IMG/VR virus record: IMGVR_UViG_3300034105_002232
Length of the DNA stretch: 64,000 nucleotides
Strand: one strand, 5' to 3'
Source: a virus
This document shows positions 1 to 9,684 of the stretch, one piece after another. Position 1 is the first letter of the stretch. The number at the start of each line of letters is the position of its first letter. The notes under the pieces were generated by a model. That model saw only the letters and a program-made list of their open reading frames with translations, made no database searches and was not told the DNA's origin. Made by a program: the position numbers and the translations under genes.

Positions 1-321
1 TACTAGCAGCTGATCAAATGCATACTCTGCAGCTTCAGCTGTGAAGCTCATCATGACCTGCTCTTGATCATGCGCCATTTCGTGTGACAAATACTCATGT
101 ACTGTACGCAAATAGTCATTTGCTAGAGTGATCTTTTCGCTTACCCAGCCATCCAGGCCTTGCTGTTCGCTAACTTCTTTAAGCATACGGTGCAGTTCAA
201 TTGCATATTTGGCTGCACTATAGCAATCACTGCGGGCCATTTGTACTTCATGGTCAGAATGCATGTCATCTGCTTCTTGTGCAATTTGACTAGTTTCTAC
301 AATAAATTCTGTTGGTTTCAT
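1..321 (-). CDS. hypothetical phage protein, truncated by the window edge (MKPTEFIVETSQIAQEADD...)
   Basis: Manually translated open frame from ATG at 319-321 to the window start; late-promoter-like TAAATA about 25 nt upstream. Confidence 0.7.
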   Translation of the reverse strand, partial: MKPTEFIVETSQIAQEADDMHSDHEVQMARSDCYSAAKYAIELHRMLKEVSEQQGLDGWVSEKITLANDYLRTVHEYLSHEMAHDQEQVMMSFTAEAAEYAFDQLLV

Positions 322-350
322 GTTGGTTACCTATTAGTAATATGTATTTA

Positions 351-650
351 TTAGCTTACGACAAAGGTCAGTTGTTTGCTGCCTGGGTCAATGTGATTGG
401 GGTGTAATGCGCCGGGATTGCCTTCAACAACCAGATTTTCTAATTTAAAATCGCCATGGCACGAACAATTCTCAACTCTCACAGTGTGAATGCCAGGATC
501 TAAATTGCAAACCATATGCTCACGAATATAAATTTGATAACCTGCCCAACTAAACGTGCGTTCTGTCAGCAGGTCGTTATCAACATAAATTCTATAACTT
601 GGAGGTGCTTCGCTCCAATGACAATGCACATCGGCTGACATGTGTATCAC
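351..650 (-). CDS. hypothetical protein
   Basis: ORF track; start overlaps the stop of the upstream gene. Confidence 0.65.
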   Translation of the reverse strand: MIHMSADVHCHWSEAPPSYRIYVDNDLLTERTFSWAGYQIYIREHMVCNLDPGIHTVRVENCSCHGDFKLENLVVEGNPGALHPNHIDPGSKQLTFVVS

Positions 651-1492
651 GGCTGCCTGTTCTTTCTAGCGGCCAGTTGAGTATGAATCATGTCCATTTG
701 TTCTTTGAGCTTTTTATAGCGCTTGGTTAGATGGAGCCCAGCCATCATCTTGGGCAATGTGGCAGCAGTTACATCATTGTCGTTGCCCATGGTGGCCATG
801 CTGTAACGTGGGTCATTGCCATTTTTGACCACCCCTACTCCAGCTGCATCTTCGGCCATGGTTTGCGGAATCTTGTCTAGCACACGGCCCAGTTCTGCAT
901 CATCTCTGCCGTACATTTGCAGCAAAAATGCACTACGCTGCTTGGGGTCGTTGCGTACTAGATTCCAGGCCTGTCTGGTTTGAGTACCATGACTGACATC
1001 TACTGATTGTCCGTTGATATCAATTACTTTGTGTCTTTCGTCTGCTATTATAACATAGCCGTGTTGATCTGCTGTGGCACATTCTTTTAAATTTTTGAAG
1101 GTTTTAAAGTACCCAGGATTGCCATCTTTTTTGACACTGTCTGGCGCTAGACGCTGTGCATCCGGTGCACCCACTGCTGCTACAAAGATGGTATTTGCAG
1201 CATTAAACTGTGCAGGCAGTTTATACGGACTTGCGACTTCTAATATACGGTCACTGGGAATGCCCGCAGCATGCATCAGTATACTTTTGTCTGTAAAATT
1301 GAATGGGCTTTTTGGAGGTTCGGTCTTGTTACTGGTTGCAATAAACACACTGTCACGACCAAATTTACCTTGCAGGCTTTGAAATACTTCCCGATGCCCC
1401 AAATGAAAAGGCTGGAACCGACCTGGATATAATACCACCAGTTGCGGTGCAGCCTCGTCTAAATACCTCTCAAATAAATTAGCAATAAACAT
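647..1492 (-). CDS. HIGH-family nucleotidyltransferase (cytidyltransferase-like)
   Basis: YPGRFQPFHLGH motif; TAAATA upstream. Confidence 0.8.
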   Translation of the reverse strand: MFIANLFERYLDEAAPQLVVLYPGRFQPFHLGHREVFQSLQGKFGRDSVFIATSNKTEPPKSPFNFTDKSILMHAAGIPSDRILEVASPYKLPAQFNAANTIFVAAVGAPDAQRLAPDSVKKDGNPGYFKTFKNLKECATADQHGYVIIADERHKVIDINGQSVDVSHGTQTRQAWNLVRNDPKQRSAFLLQMYGRDDAELGRVLDKIPQTMAEDAAGVGVVKNGNDPRYSMATMGNDNDVTAATLPKMMAGLHLTKRYKKLKEQMDMIHTQLAARKNRQP

Positions 1493-1521
1493 AAAAAATC
1501 CGTTCTATTGCTATATTTAGT

Positions 1522-1986
1522 TTATAAGTTTTCTAATAGCCAAATGTAGAATGGACTAGCAAAAGGCAACTTCCAGGTGCCGTTCCACCCTAGATCCACA
1601 AACCCTTTGAGTTCCTTGATCTGCTTCTGTGTTTCATCCAGATACGAATCAGGATAGTCCGGAAAATAGCTGCTGGCAGTCCATTTTAGTGTTCCAATGT
1701 CAATTTCATCAATTTCAATGCTTTCAACATGCAGTAGCATATCCTCGACGATATTTCCGGAATCATCTGTTTTGGTATCAGTAGAAGTCTTATTTAAAAA
1801 ACAAATGTTCAAGCAATGATCGCCTTCAGACAGTTCCGCATCAAATTCAAAGTATTCAGTCAACGTGCTCGATAACGTTTCATGCACATGTTCTATGTCA
1901 TTGATTTTAATTTGAAACTCAGGGTATCGGGTTAACGACGCACTACTTAGTCCAATTTTAAAGTGCAACTTCTCTTTATCTTCCAT
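1522..1986 (-). CDS. hypothetical phage protein
   Basis: ORF with AGGAG RBS; C-terminal GWNGTWKLPFASPFYIWLLENL resembles the end of 19899..20495. Confidence 0.7.
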   Translation of the reverse strand: MEDKEKLHFKIGLSSASLTRYPEFQIKINDIEHVHETLSSTLTEYFEFDAELSEGDHCLNICFLNKTSTDTKTDDSGNIVEDMLLHVESIEIDEIDIGTLKWTASSYFPDYPDSYLDETQKQIKELKGFVDLGWNGTWKLPFASPFYIWLLENL

Positions 1987-1998
1987 TGGCAGACTCCT

Positions 1999-2949
1999 TT
2001 ATGCTGGTGCTTTTTGTGCCATCTTGATTGCATCTTGAAGCGCAGCTGGAGTACCTGGATCCATTTGAGGAGTATCACCTGTGGGACCAAATTGCGGCAT
2101 CTTGGCCAAGTCACCAACAAACTCATAGTGTCCAATGTGATTGAGCAGTACCTTGCCGTGAGCCCAGATCTCGCCACCAATTGCACTCCAGCGTCTGCAG
2201 AACAACCAGTCCTCGCTTAGATAATGACCTTTTTCGTCAATTTCACAATCAAAAATGCTGTACATGGTAGGCTCGTATTGTTTGCCCAAGCCCACATCGT
2301 CCACATACTTGCATTCAGGATGTACTTCGCATAATTTAGAGTACACATCACGCTTGAACAACAAGAAACCTGTTCCCATGGTATCTACTGTAAAGATATC
2401 ACCTTGTACTTTGGTTTCGCGCCTTAGGTTAATGACATAGTTAACTGGCAATGCTTTCTTGGGATACAGCCCGCCAATAACATCTTTGTCACAGGCCATC
2501 ATCTGCAGAATACTTTCTGGTTGGAAACGAATGTCTGCGTCGATGAACATGAAGTGTGTGGCAGCTTTATTGGTCATCATTTTAGCCATCAAGTTGTTAC
2601 GTGCTCTAGTGACCAAGCTCTCATTGACCATGGTATCCAGGCTCCAGTTTAGTCCTACCTGTTGCGCCATGAGAATGAACCGCAACAATGAAGTCATTGT
2701 TGGTTCACTGACCATGCCGCCGTAACATGGAATACCAATATGCAAATGGCATTTGGCAAAATCAAATGGTTGACCTTGCACTTGTTGCTGTGGTTGTTGT
2801 GTTTGCTGCGCTGCTGCTGCCTTGATCAGTGCAACTGCATCTGCAGGACTTGGCGCCGGGCTGGCAGGTCGGGCTGCTGCTGCCGCTTTGATTGCTGCCA
2901 CCGCGTCTGCCTGAGTGGAGGCCGTTTCTCCAATTACTTTTTTGGTCAT
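1999..2949 (-). CDS. GT-A fold glycosyltransferase-like protein with Ala/Pro/Gln-rich N-terminus
   Basis: IGIPCYGG, FMFIDADI (DxD), GTGFLLFKR and LSEDWLFC motifs. Confidence 0.75.
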   Translation of the reverse strand: MTKKVIGETASTQADAVAAIKAAAAARPASPAPSPADAVALIKAAAAQQTQQPQQQVQGQPFDFAKCHLHIGIPCYGGMVSEPTMTSLLRFILMAQQVGLNWSLDTMVNESLVTRARNNLMAKMMTNKAATHFMFIDADIRFQPESILQMMACDKDVIGGLYPKKALPVNYVINLRRETKVQGDIFTVDTMGTGFLLFKRDVYSKLCEVHPECKYVDDVGLGKQYEPTMYSIFDCEIDEKGHYLSEDWLFCRRWSAIGGEIWAHGKVLLNHIGHYEFVGDLAKMPQFGPTGDTPQMDPGTPAALQDAIKMAQKAPA

Positions 2950-2975
2950 TGATTTCTCTCTTGGTTAAATTTTGA

Positions 2976-3146
2976 TTAGGCTTTGTTTACTTCGACAACA
3001 ACACCGTTGCCAAATAATTCTTCTGCTACTGATCCTAAAGCTGCAATAATCTCCACATTGGCAAGATCGGGTGCATCTGCTGCATCGGAGTCTTTTACTA
3101 ATTTGCTAACTGTAATTACAATTACTTCTTCATGTACTTTCGCCAT
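2976..3146 (-). CDS. small hypothetical protein (56 aa, MAKVHEEVIVITVSKLVKD...), not in ORF track
   Basis: Manual translation; AGGAG RBS and TAAATA upstream; fills the intergenic gap. Confidence 0.75.
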   Translation of the reverse strand: MAKVHEEVIVITVSKLVKDSDAADAPDLANVEIIAALGSVAEELFGNGVVVEVNKA

Positions 3147-3173
3147 CCGGGGCTCCTTGAATTATAACAGTAT

Positions 3174-3896
3174 TTATTCCTGTATACACACCAGCTCACA
3201 AACTTCTCTTATGATGTCTGGACAGATAATACGTACCAAATTAGCTACACCAACATCGTTGGTGTAAAAATAACAATTCCACATCCAATCTCCATCTTTG
3301 ACCAACTGCTCTGTGGTATTTTTAGGCAGCTTGACCAAATCTCCCAGTTGCTGCAGATAGTTATGGACCTGCGTCCTTGATTTTATGTCAAACCGTTTCT
3401 CTTTAAGGTATATTCGATATCTAAATTTTGGTTGTCTATTTACTATTATTGCGTTGCCTTGCAACCACTGACTACTGACATCAGATTCTGGGCCTGTAGC
3501 AGACAGTATCTGATGTCGAAACTGGACACCAATGGCCAATGCTATGGATTGTAGTATTGATTCTGATTCGGCATAGAAGCTGATTTTTGGCTCTTCAATC
3601 CTGACCCTTATGTCAGCATGTTTGTGTATCAGTCTTTTGAGATCAATCAGCAGACCCAGATCAGCTTCTTTGAGTTGCTCTTTTAGCTTACGGTCCCACC
3701 ACGATCCGCCTCCCAGTGAATACGATCGAGCACATGATTGCCGGTGCTGTAGATTGGCCTTGATATCATCGTACCGGATACTCTTGCAACCAGGAGCGTA
3801 AATTTCTAATCGATAAAGATACTGTTTAAAATACTGTTTGGCAGTATATTGTATCTTTGTATCTTTAGACAGGTTCTGCCAGAACAATGTATCCAT
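3174..3896 (-). CDS. hypothetical phage protein
   Basis: 240-aa ORF overlapping the end of clpA. Confidence 0.7.
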   Translation of the reverse strand: MDTLFWQNLSKDTKIQYTAKQYFKQYLYRLEIYAPGCKSIRYDDIKANLQHRQSCARSYSLGGGSWWDRKLKEQLKEADLGLLIDLKRLIHKHADIRVRIEEPKISFYAESESILQSIALAIGVQFRHQILSATGPESDVSSQWLQGNAIIVNRQPKFRYRIYLKEKRFDIKSRTQVHNYLQQLGDLVKLPKNTTEQLVKDGDWMWNCYFYTNDVGVANLVRIICPDIIREVCELVCIQE

Positions 3897-6144
3897 TTTC
3901 GTCTATTCTATAGGTTGAATCGGTATTCGCGATTGGTTGAAATGTAAACTCTTTGTCATGAAAATCAATTATGATAGTGCTCACTGGCGCAATCTTGTCA
4001 AACAATATGCGTTTACTCAATGGCACTTTGATTAGATCGTTGATTTTTCTCTGCAAAGGTCTTGCACCCATTTTGGGATCAAATCCTGTGGTAATCAATT
4101 CATCAACAGCAGCTTCAGTTAGTCTTACACGTAACTGTTTGTCTATTAGAAGATCATTTAATTCTGCAATAAACTTGCTAACAATTTTACGCATACTTAG
4201 ATCATCTAATTTAGAAAATTTAACAATACCATCTAAACGATTTCGGAATTCAGGTTTAAAGAATTCTTTAACAGCACGATCATCTTCTTGATTTTTTTGT
4301 AACTCTTTACCAAAGCCAATGTTGTTTTTTTCGTTGTCTGCTGCACCAAGATTGCTGGTTAAAATAATCATGGCATTACGACAGTCAGCTTTCTTACCAT
4401 TGCTGCTGGTAATTGTGCCTTCGTCCATCATTTGCAGCAAAATGTTACTAACGTCGGGATGAGCTTTTTCAATTTCATCCATCAAGATAATGCAATTGGG
4501 ATTTTTTTCAATGTCACTGATCAGCAACCCACCACCCAGATTGCCATCCTCGTAGCCAACATAACCAGGGGGTGCACCAATAAGTTTAGCAACAGTATGT
4601 CGCTCTTGGTATTCACTCATGTCATACCGCAGCAGTTTCATACCAAGATTTTCTGCCAGCAACTTGGCCAGTTCTGTTTTGCCTGTGCCAGTTGGTCCCA
4701 AGAACAAGAAGTTACCAATTGGTTTGTTTAGGGCTTTTAATCCTGCACGGCTCACATAGATTTTTTCTAATACTGTATCTACTGCAGCATCTTGACCGTA
4801 CAGTCGATCCTTGATGCCAACTTCAAGATTTTCAATTCCTTTGGCACCTTCGGTGTTGCCAATTGATTCAATTGGCAATCTTGTCAACCGGCTGATGGTG
4901 TGTACAATATCGGCACCCGAAACAATCCAATTGGTATCTTTGATTTTGAGTCGAGCACACGACGCATCTATTAGGTCAATGGCTTTGTCGGGCAATTTTT
5001 TATCAGTTTGATAACGCACACTTAGATCAACTGCGGTGTTAATGGCATCATCAGTGATGGTGCCTCCGTGGAATTTTTCAAAGTGTAATCTTAACCCAAA
5101 CAAGATATCTTTGGCAACTTCAGCACTGGGCTCATCAATGGTGATCCGTTGGAATCTGCGCATCAGAGCACGATCTTTTTCAAAACTCTGGCTATATTCT
5201 TCCCAGGTAGTACTAGCAATAACTTTAATTCGGCCTTTGCTCAATGCAGGTTTGATCATGTTACTAAAGTCCACACTGCTTTGACTTCCTGCTCCTGCTC
5301 CACGCATCTGGTGTGCTTCATCGATGAACAAGATCGCTTTGCCTTTTACATTTAGTGCAGCCAGTACCTCGTGAATTTTTTCTTCAAAGTCGCCGCGATA
5401 CTTGCTACCTGCTAGCAAACTACTAATATCAAGATTGTACACTGTGTAGTCTAATAGATATTCTGGTACCGTTTTTAACACAATTGCCAAAGCCAATCCT
5501 TCTGCAATAGCAGTCTTACCAACGCCAGGATCGCCTACCATTAGTATATTGCTTTTGTTGCGGCGTGCAAGAATTTCTACTATTTCGTTGGTCTCGGCAG
5601 CACGTCCAATCACTGGGTCAATCTTGCCGTCCTCGGCCTGGGTGTTGAGATTGTCACAATACCGTTCAAGTATCTTGTCTGCCTGGCCGGCATTTGCAAC
5701 TGTCTTGCCTGCGTCTGATTTATACTCTTTGTTGTATGTCTCTATTAGTTTTGCACGATCAAGACCATACTTGACCATGAAATAATGTGCGTAGCTGTTG
5801 GATTCTGCATGTATGCTCAAGAATAAATCTAATATTTGAATATGCGTTCTTGCACTAAACAGGACCTGAGTAAATGCTCGATTAAACACCCGTTCCAGAG
5901 CATGGGTTTTTTTAGGATCACTGGTATCGTTGACAAGATATGTTTGATTGGCAAGATAATCTTCGATGTCGGTTTCTAATCCTTTGATATCTGTTCCGTA
6001 TCCGGATAGAAGCTCTTGGAAGGGAGTATATCGTATCATGCTTAAAAACACATGTTCAAGGGTCACATACTCATGACTTAAACTTTTAGCCAGTTCAGTG
6101 GCTTCAACTACAATGTAATCAATTTCAGGGTTGGTTTGTAACAT
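3865..6144 (-). CDS. clpA: ATP-dependent Clp protease ATP-binding subunit (ClpA family)
   Basis: Clp N-domain; two AAA+ modules (GDPGVGKT, GPTGTGKT); IGF ClpP-docking loop; GARPL. Confidence 0.92.
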   Translation of the reverse strand: MLQTNPEIDYIVVEATELAKSLSHEYVTLEHVFLSMIRYTPFQELLSGYGTDIKGLETDIEDYLANQTYLVNDTSDPKKTHALERVFNRAFTQVLFSARTHIQILDLFLSIHAESNSYAHYFMVKYGLDRAKLIETYNKEYKSDAGKTVANAGQADKILERYCDNLNTQAEDGKIDPVIGRAAETNEIVEILARRNKSNILMVGDPGVGKTAIAEGLALAIVLKTVPEYLLDYTVYNLDISSLLAGSKYRGDFEEKIHEVLAALNVKGKAILFIDEAHQMRGAGAGSQSSVDFSNMIKPALSKGRIKVIASTTWEEYSQSFEKDRALMRRFQRITIDEPSAEVAKDILFGLRLHFEKFHGGTITDDAINTAVDLSVRYQTDKKLPDKAIDLIDASCARLKIKDTNWIVSGADIVHTISRLTRLPIESIGNTEGAKGIENLEVGIKDRLYGQDAAVDTVLEKIYVSRAGLKALNKPIGNFLFLGPTGTGKTELAKLLAENLGMKLLRYDMSEYQERHTVAKLIGAPPGYVGYEDGNLGGGLLISDIEKNPNCIILMDEIEKAHPDVSNILLQMMDEGTITSSNGKKADCRNAMIILTSNLGAADNEKNNIGFGKELQKNQEDDRAVKEFFKPEFRNRLDGIVKFSKLDDLSMRKIVSKFIAELNDLLIDKQLRVRLTEAAVDELITTGFDPKMGARPLQRKINDLIKVPLSKRILFDKIAPVSTIIIDFHDKEFTFQPIANTDSTYRIDENGYIVLAEPV

Positions 6145-6152
6145 AATAATAT

Positions 6153-7022
6153 TTATTGGTTAGAGAGTAAATTTTTAATGGAAAGTTTCTGTGACTCATT
6201 TAAATCAGTAGGTACTATGATGTTAATAACAATTATTAAATTTCCTCTATGTGATTGATTCATTGCATACAAACCCTGTTGCTGTATTCTAAATCTTGAT
6301 CCTGGTTGAGTACCTGCAGGAACAGCCAGATCAAATTTACGACCGTCTAATCCTTGTAATTGAATAGTGGCACCCACAATGGCATCTAAGCAATTTAGAT
6401 CCACAGCTTTAATTAGATCTAAATTGTCAACATTAAAACCTGACGCACCTTCAACATGCAGTCTAACATACAAGTCGCCGCGTGTTAAACTAGGAAAAAA
6501 GTTATCACCTAGTCCAGGATACTTGATTGTGCTGTTGGGTGTAACACCTCGGGGTATCTGGACCTCAACAGTGACACGCTCACCGTTTGTGGTTTGAACA
6601 CTAATAGTCTTTGTTTGAATGTCCAAGGTACTAACCAGGCTGACCACTACATCAACCTGGATGTCTTTGTTTTTTCTTGGTTGCCTAAATTGCGAAAATG
6701 GATCGCTGTGTGCTGCAAATCCTGGGCCAAAACTGAACCCAAAATTTCTCAGCATGTCTTCCATGTGTGATGGTATGTCACCGTTGGTATCGTGCCCATT
6801 CACAGTAAATCTGAATCCACCGTGATGTCCTTGTCGTTCAGCATCATACTGTGCCCGAGTCTGATCTGTGCCTATTGTGTCGTAGGCATGTTGTATTTTC
6901 TGGAAGTGGGTAGTATCCCCACCTTTGTCAGGATGGTGTTGATTGGCCAACTTACGATATGCTTTTTTAATTTCATCCAGACTGGCAGACTCAGGAACTC
7001 CCAAGGTATCATAATGTGTCAT
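6153..7022 (-). CDS. DnaJ/CbpA-type co-chaperone (J domain plus C-terminal domain, no Zn finger)
   Basis: HYDTLGV...HHPDKGG J-domain; GDLYV C-domain. Confidence 0.9.
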   Translation of the reverse strand: MTHYDTLGVPESASLDEIKKAYRKLANQHHPDKGGDTTHFQKIQHAYDTIGTDQTRAQYDAERQGHHGGFRFTVNGHDTNGDIPSHMEDMLRNFGFSFGPGFAAHSDPFSQFRQPRKNKDIQVDVVVSLVSTLDIQTKTISVQTTNGERVTVEVQIPRGVTPNSTIKYPGLGDNFFPSLTRGDLYVRLHVEGASGFNVDNLDLIKAVDLNCLDAIVGATIQLQGLDGRKFDLAVPAGTQPGSRFRIQQQGLYAMNQSHRGNLIIVINIIVPTDLNESQKLSIKNLLSNQ

Positions 7023-7028
7023 AGTAAT

Positions 7029-7057
7029 ATTATATAGTATAAATGAAATACGGTCAA
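7029..7057 (-). promoter_or_regulatory. sigma70-type promoter for dnaJ-clpA
   Basis: TTGACC-17nt-TATAAT on the minus strand. Confidence 0.7.
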
Positions 7058-7077
7058 TACTTTTGGCATTGACCGTA
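7049..7077 (-). terminator. 10-bp inverted repeat, probable terminator of the lysis cassette, overlapping the -35 of the dnaJ promoter
   Basis: TACGGTCAAT-N9-ATTGACCGTA followed by TTTCATTT on the minus strand. Confidence 0.55.
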
Positions 7078-7095
7078 CAATTGAGTTACAGAGGA

Positions 7096-7287
7096 TTACT
7101 TCTTTTTACCATCTGGAATGGCAGTACCTTCAAGTTTCTTGTGAACCTTGATAGTCTTGCAAACTTCTTTTTCCTTCTTGGTTTTTGGATCCATTTGTTT
7201 TACACATGCCTTTTTAGTTTCTGCTTCGGCATGTACTGCTGTAGTTGCAAATAAACCAATTGTTAAAGCTAATAGATATTTTGTCAT
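7096..7287 (-). CDS. small secreted protein
   Basis: Signal peptide (..AVHA), two Cys, Lys-rich. Confidence 0.65.
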   Translation of the reverse strand: MTKYLLALTIGLFATTAVHAEAETKKACVKQMDPKTKKEKEVCKTIKVHKKLEGTAIPDGKKK

Positions 7288-7508
7288 TTTGTACCCTTTT
7301 TAGTAAATTTTTCAGACGCTGTAAGTCCCAACCCGCCTAACACAATATACATCATTGCATCAAATGTGGTAGCACTTACTTTTTTTTCAAAAAACAACTC
7401 TGTAACGAAACCAATTGCTACCAGTACAAAAGCTAGTAATGTAATTACTCTCTTACTACTTGGATTGATTTCGCCTTCTGCTTTTAACATATCAGTTAAA
7501 AAACTCAT
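7284..7508 (-). CDS. small two-TM membrane protein, holin candidate
   Basis: Two hydrophobic helices, basic C-terminus, located in the lysis cassette. Confidence 0.5.
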   Translation of the reverse strand: MSFLTDMLKAEGEINPSSKRVITLLAFVLVAIGFVTELFFEKKVSATTFDAMMYIVLGGLGLTASEKFTKKGTK

Positions 7509-7520
7509 TTTACCTTTTCC

Positions 7521-7976
7521 TTAAATTTCTGGAAATGCTGGCTGTATTGGAGCTGGCTTACCATTTACCATTTGTATTGCGTCGCCAAATGGAGCTGCTG
7601 CCATTGGTGCTGCGCCAAAACTAGGTGCTGCGCCAAAACTAGGTGCAGCTACGGAAGGTGGTGGGGGTGGTGTGTACGGTTTAGTTGCAGCATCAATCGC
7701 TTTACCACGCAAATCTTTGTCGTCACCGGCCAACATAATGCCTGACAGGGTGCCTGTCAAGAATGTGGCAACAGGAATAATAAGCTCAAAGAACTTGTTA
7801 TCCACTGGACTCATCCCATTCATTGGTTGTGTAACAAAAATCAAACTAAACAAAACAACAAACACAATGCCAAACAAGGTTAAACCAAGAATGATGCCGA
7901 TAAAAAACTTTAATCGTGCATTTAGCTCATCTGTTGTGTATTTTTCTCCGGACCATAATTGTTGAATCATTTGCAA
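7521..7976 (-). CDS. two-TM membrane protein with Pro/Ala-rich tail (lysis-associated)
   Basis: Two TM helices, AAPSFG repeats, context. Confidence 0.6.
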   Translation of the reverse strand: MQMIQQLWSGEKYTTDELNARLKFFIGIILGLTLFGIVFVVLFSLIFVTQPMNGMSPVDNKFFELIIPVATFLTGTLSGIMLAGDDKDLRGKAIDAATKPYTPPPPPSVAAPSFGAAPSFGAAPMAAAPFGDAIQMVNGKPAPIQPAFPEI

Positions 7977-8212
7977 TCTCCTTTAGATGTATATTGTGGT
8001 GCAAGTGGTACCATAGATTGAATAGGTTTACCTGCTTTGTCTTTATTGTAGTGCTGTAGGTCTTCGGGACAAGTTCCGTTTGCACTACAGTACGGCTTCT
8101 TGCATTGCTGACTATCCCAGTTTTCGGGATCCTGACAGGGATACCGATAACGCTCGCCACAAGCAACGAGCAATGGTAGCAATAATACTGCCAGAGTATA
8201 TCTCATTGTCAT
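7967..8212 (-). CDS. Cys-rich lipoprotein
   Basis: Lipobox LVAC; RYPCQDP..CKKPYCSANGTCP. Confidence 0.7.
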   Translation of the reverse strand: MTMRYTLAVLLLPLLVACGERYRYPCQDPENWDSQQCKKPYCSANGTCPEDLQHYNKDKAGKPIQSMVPLAPQYTSKGDCK

Positions 8213-8823
8213 GCTCCTAGTACGTGCAACATGTGATTATAATGCTTGATGCGATCGTCTAAGCCAATATAACCACCATTGATCTTTTTGGTCATTTGTT
8301 TGATATCACCAGCATCAGCTTCTTTGTTTAAGTTATTACTTTCCCAAAACCAACAGGCACTTTGTGCAGCACCCTCGAATGTTTCTAGGTATGCACTGGC
8401 TTCTTCGGGATTGACTTCAATACTGGCTGCAAACCATTCATAGTTTGTTTTACCAGTCAATTGAATTAGTCCACGTCCACGATACTTAAAGCCATCGCCT
8501 GAGGCTTCGTCTCCGTTGCCCATACGATTTCCGTAAATTTTATTTGCAATCTTTGCAGGCTGCTTTTCATAAGCTTTTGCAGTGCCCATGTCTTGGAAGT
8601 ATTTTGGAAATACTTTCATTAAACTTTCTGCTTTATAATTCAAGTTCTCAGACAGAAACCTAAATCCTCCCGACTCATGAGCACACTGAGCAACAAATGC
8701 TGCTACTCGCTTGGGTGTGTTGATTTCATAATCAGGTAATAATTGATTCAGAGCTTTAACCCAATGGTCAGCATACAGAATACCGGGAACCATCTCTTTT
8801 AATTGACTTACCGTTAATTGCAT
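8209..8823 (-). CDS. glycoside hydrolase family 19 endolysin
   Basis: AQCAHESGG, ENLNY, YRGRGLIQLTGK and INGG motifs. Confidence 0.92.
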   Translation of the reverse strand: MQLTVSQLKEMVPGILYADHWVKALNQLLPDYEINTPKRVAAFVAQCAHESGGFRFLSENLNYKAESLMKVFPKYFQDMGTAKAYEKQPAKIANKIYGNRMGNGDEASGDGFKYRGRGLIQLTGKTNYEWFAASIEVNPEEASAYLETFEGAAQSACWFWESNNLNKEADAGDIKQMTKKINGGYIGLDDRIKHYNHMLHVLGA

Positions 8824-8835
8824 TTCATCTCCTTG

Positions 8836-8889
8836 TTATTTGTTGTGTTTGCCGCCACATACAGGACAGCTTTCTTGTTCTTGATTCAT
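8836..8889 (-). CDS. putative 17-aa micro-ORF MNQEQESCPVCGGKHNK
   Basis: ATGA-coupled to the o-spanin stop, ends just before the endolysin RBS; CxxC. Confidence 0.35.
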   Translation of the reverse strand: MNQEQESCPVCGGKHNK

Positions 8890-9158
8890 TTGACTTCCTC
8901 GAATATCTGTTTCTGCTTGGTGTACCAGTCATTCCAAAGTTCCACTTTGAGTTGACATTCTTTATACTGACCGTAGTTTTCTACCACCACTGACAAAGTT
9001 TTACTCAGCTCAGTGGTACCTTCGGGCACCATTTTTAAGTCAGGACAGGCTTGTTTTAATTCTTCGGGCACATCAGGAAACGTGCGTTTGACTGGAACAT
9101 GATTTACAGCACACGAGGTCAATAACAATACAGGAATTAAGGCCAATAATTGTTTCAC
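8886..9158 (-). CDS. outer-membrane spanin (Rz1-like lipoprotein)
   Basis: Lipobox LTSC, Pro-rich, additional Cys; adjacent to i-spanin. Confidence 0.75.
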   Translation of the reverse strand: MKQLLALIPVLLLTSCAVNHVPVKRTFPDVPEELKQACPDLKMVPEGTTELSKTLSVVVENYGQYKECQLKVELWNDWYTKQKQIFEEVK

Positions 9159-9637
9159 TGTGGATCCTCACGTTTTAGTGGCTGCACTTCCACTGTGGAC
9201 TTGCGTGACTTTGCTGCTTCATTTAGCAAATTGATTGCTTCCGGGGCAACGCGACAGTCTTGGTCAATGATCTTTTGTACTTCTCGTATCTTTTCTTGCA
9301 CAACAACCACGTCTTGTTTGACCACTTTGATTCGGTCAATGTAGACTTTCTTAATTACGGTGTTTGTTTCAACACTTTTCTTTTCAGAATCAGCAACTTG
9401 TTGTTGTAACGCAGCCACTTGCTCACGCCAGATCATTTCTGTAGTATAGCCGCCGTACCAGTATACTCCGCTGCAGAACAGCACAATTGAAACAATTTGT
9501 ATTGGGGTGCGATAGATATTGATCCAAGGGATGAATCTGATGAAAAAACCCAACAGAATGCCCAGAGCGCCTAGTCCCATGAGCGCATATACTATTAGTA
9601 AAATAAAACTATCTGGTAATAAATGTAGTAGCCACAT
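9155..9637 (-). CDS. inner-membrane spanin (Rz-like)
   Basis: N-terminal TM segments, then coiled coil and Cys; upstream of o-spanin and endolysin. Confidence 0.7.
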   Translation of the reverse strand: MWLLHLLPDSFILLIVYALMGLGALGILLGFFIRFIPWINIYRTPIQIVSIVLFCSGVYWYGGYTTEMIWREQVAALQQQVADSEKKSVETNTVIKKVYIDRIKVVKQDVVVVQEKIREVQKIIDQDCRVAPEAINLLNEAAKSRKSTVEVQPLKREDPQ

Positions 9638-9675
9638 AACCTATACTGTATAATTGATATACAGTATTTATGGTT
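9638..9675 (-). promoter_or_regulatory. late promoter (TAAATA) within a hairpin covering the lysis-operon RBS
   Basis: ATACTGTATA/TATACAGTAT perfect 10-bp inverted repeat plus AACC/GGTT extension. Confidence 0.6.
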
Positions 9676-9684
9676 TTGAGCGTT

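Noticed and set aside
7049-7077. CIRCE operator upstream of dnaJ-clpA
   Set aside because: It has a 9-nt spacer but the arms do not match TTAGCACTC/GAGTGCTAA; a terminator is more likely.
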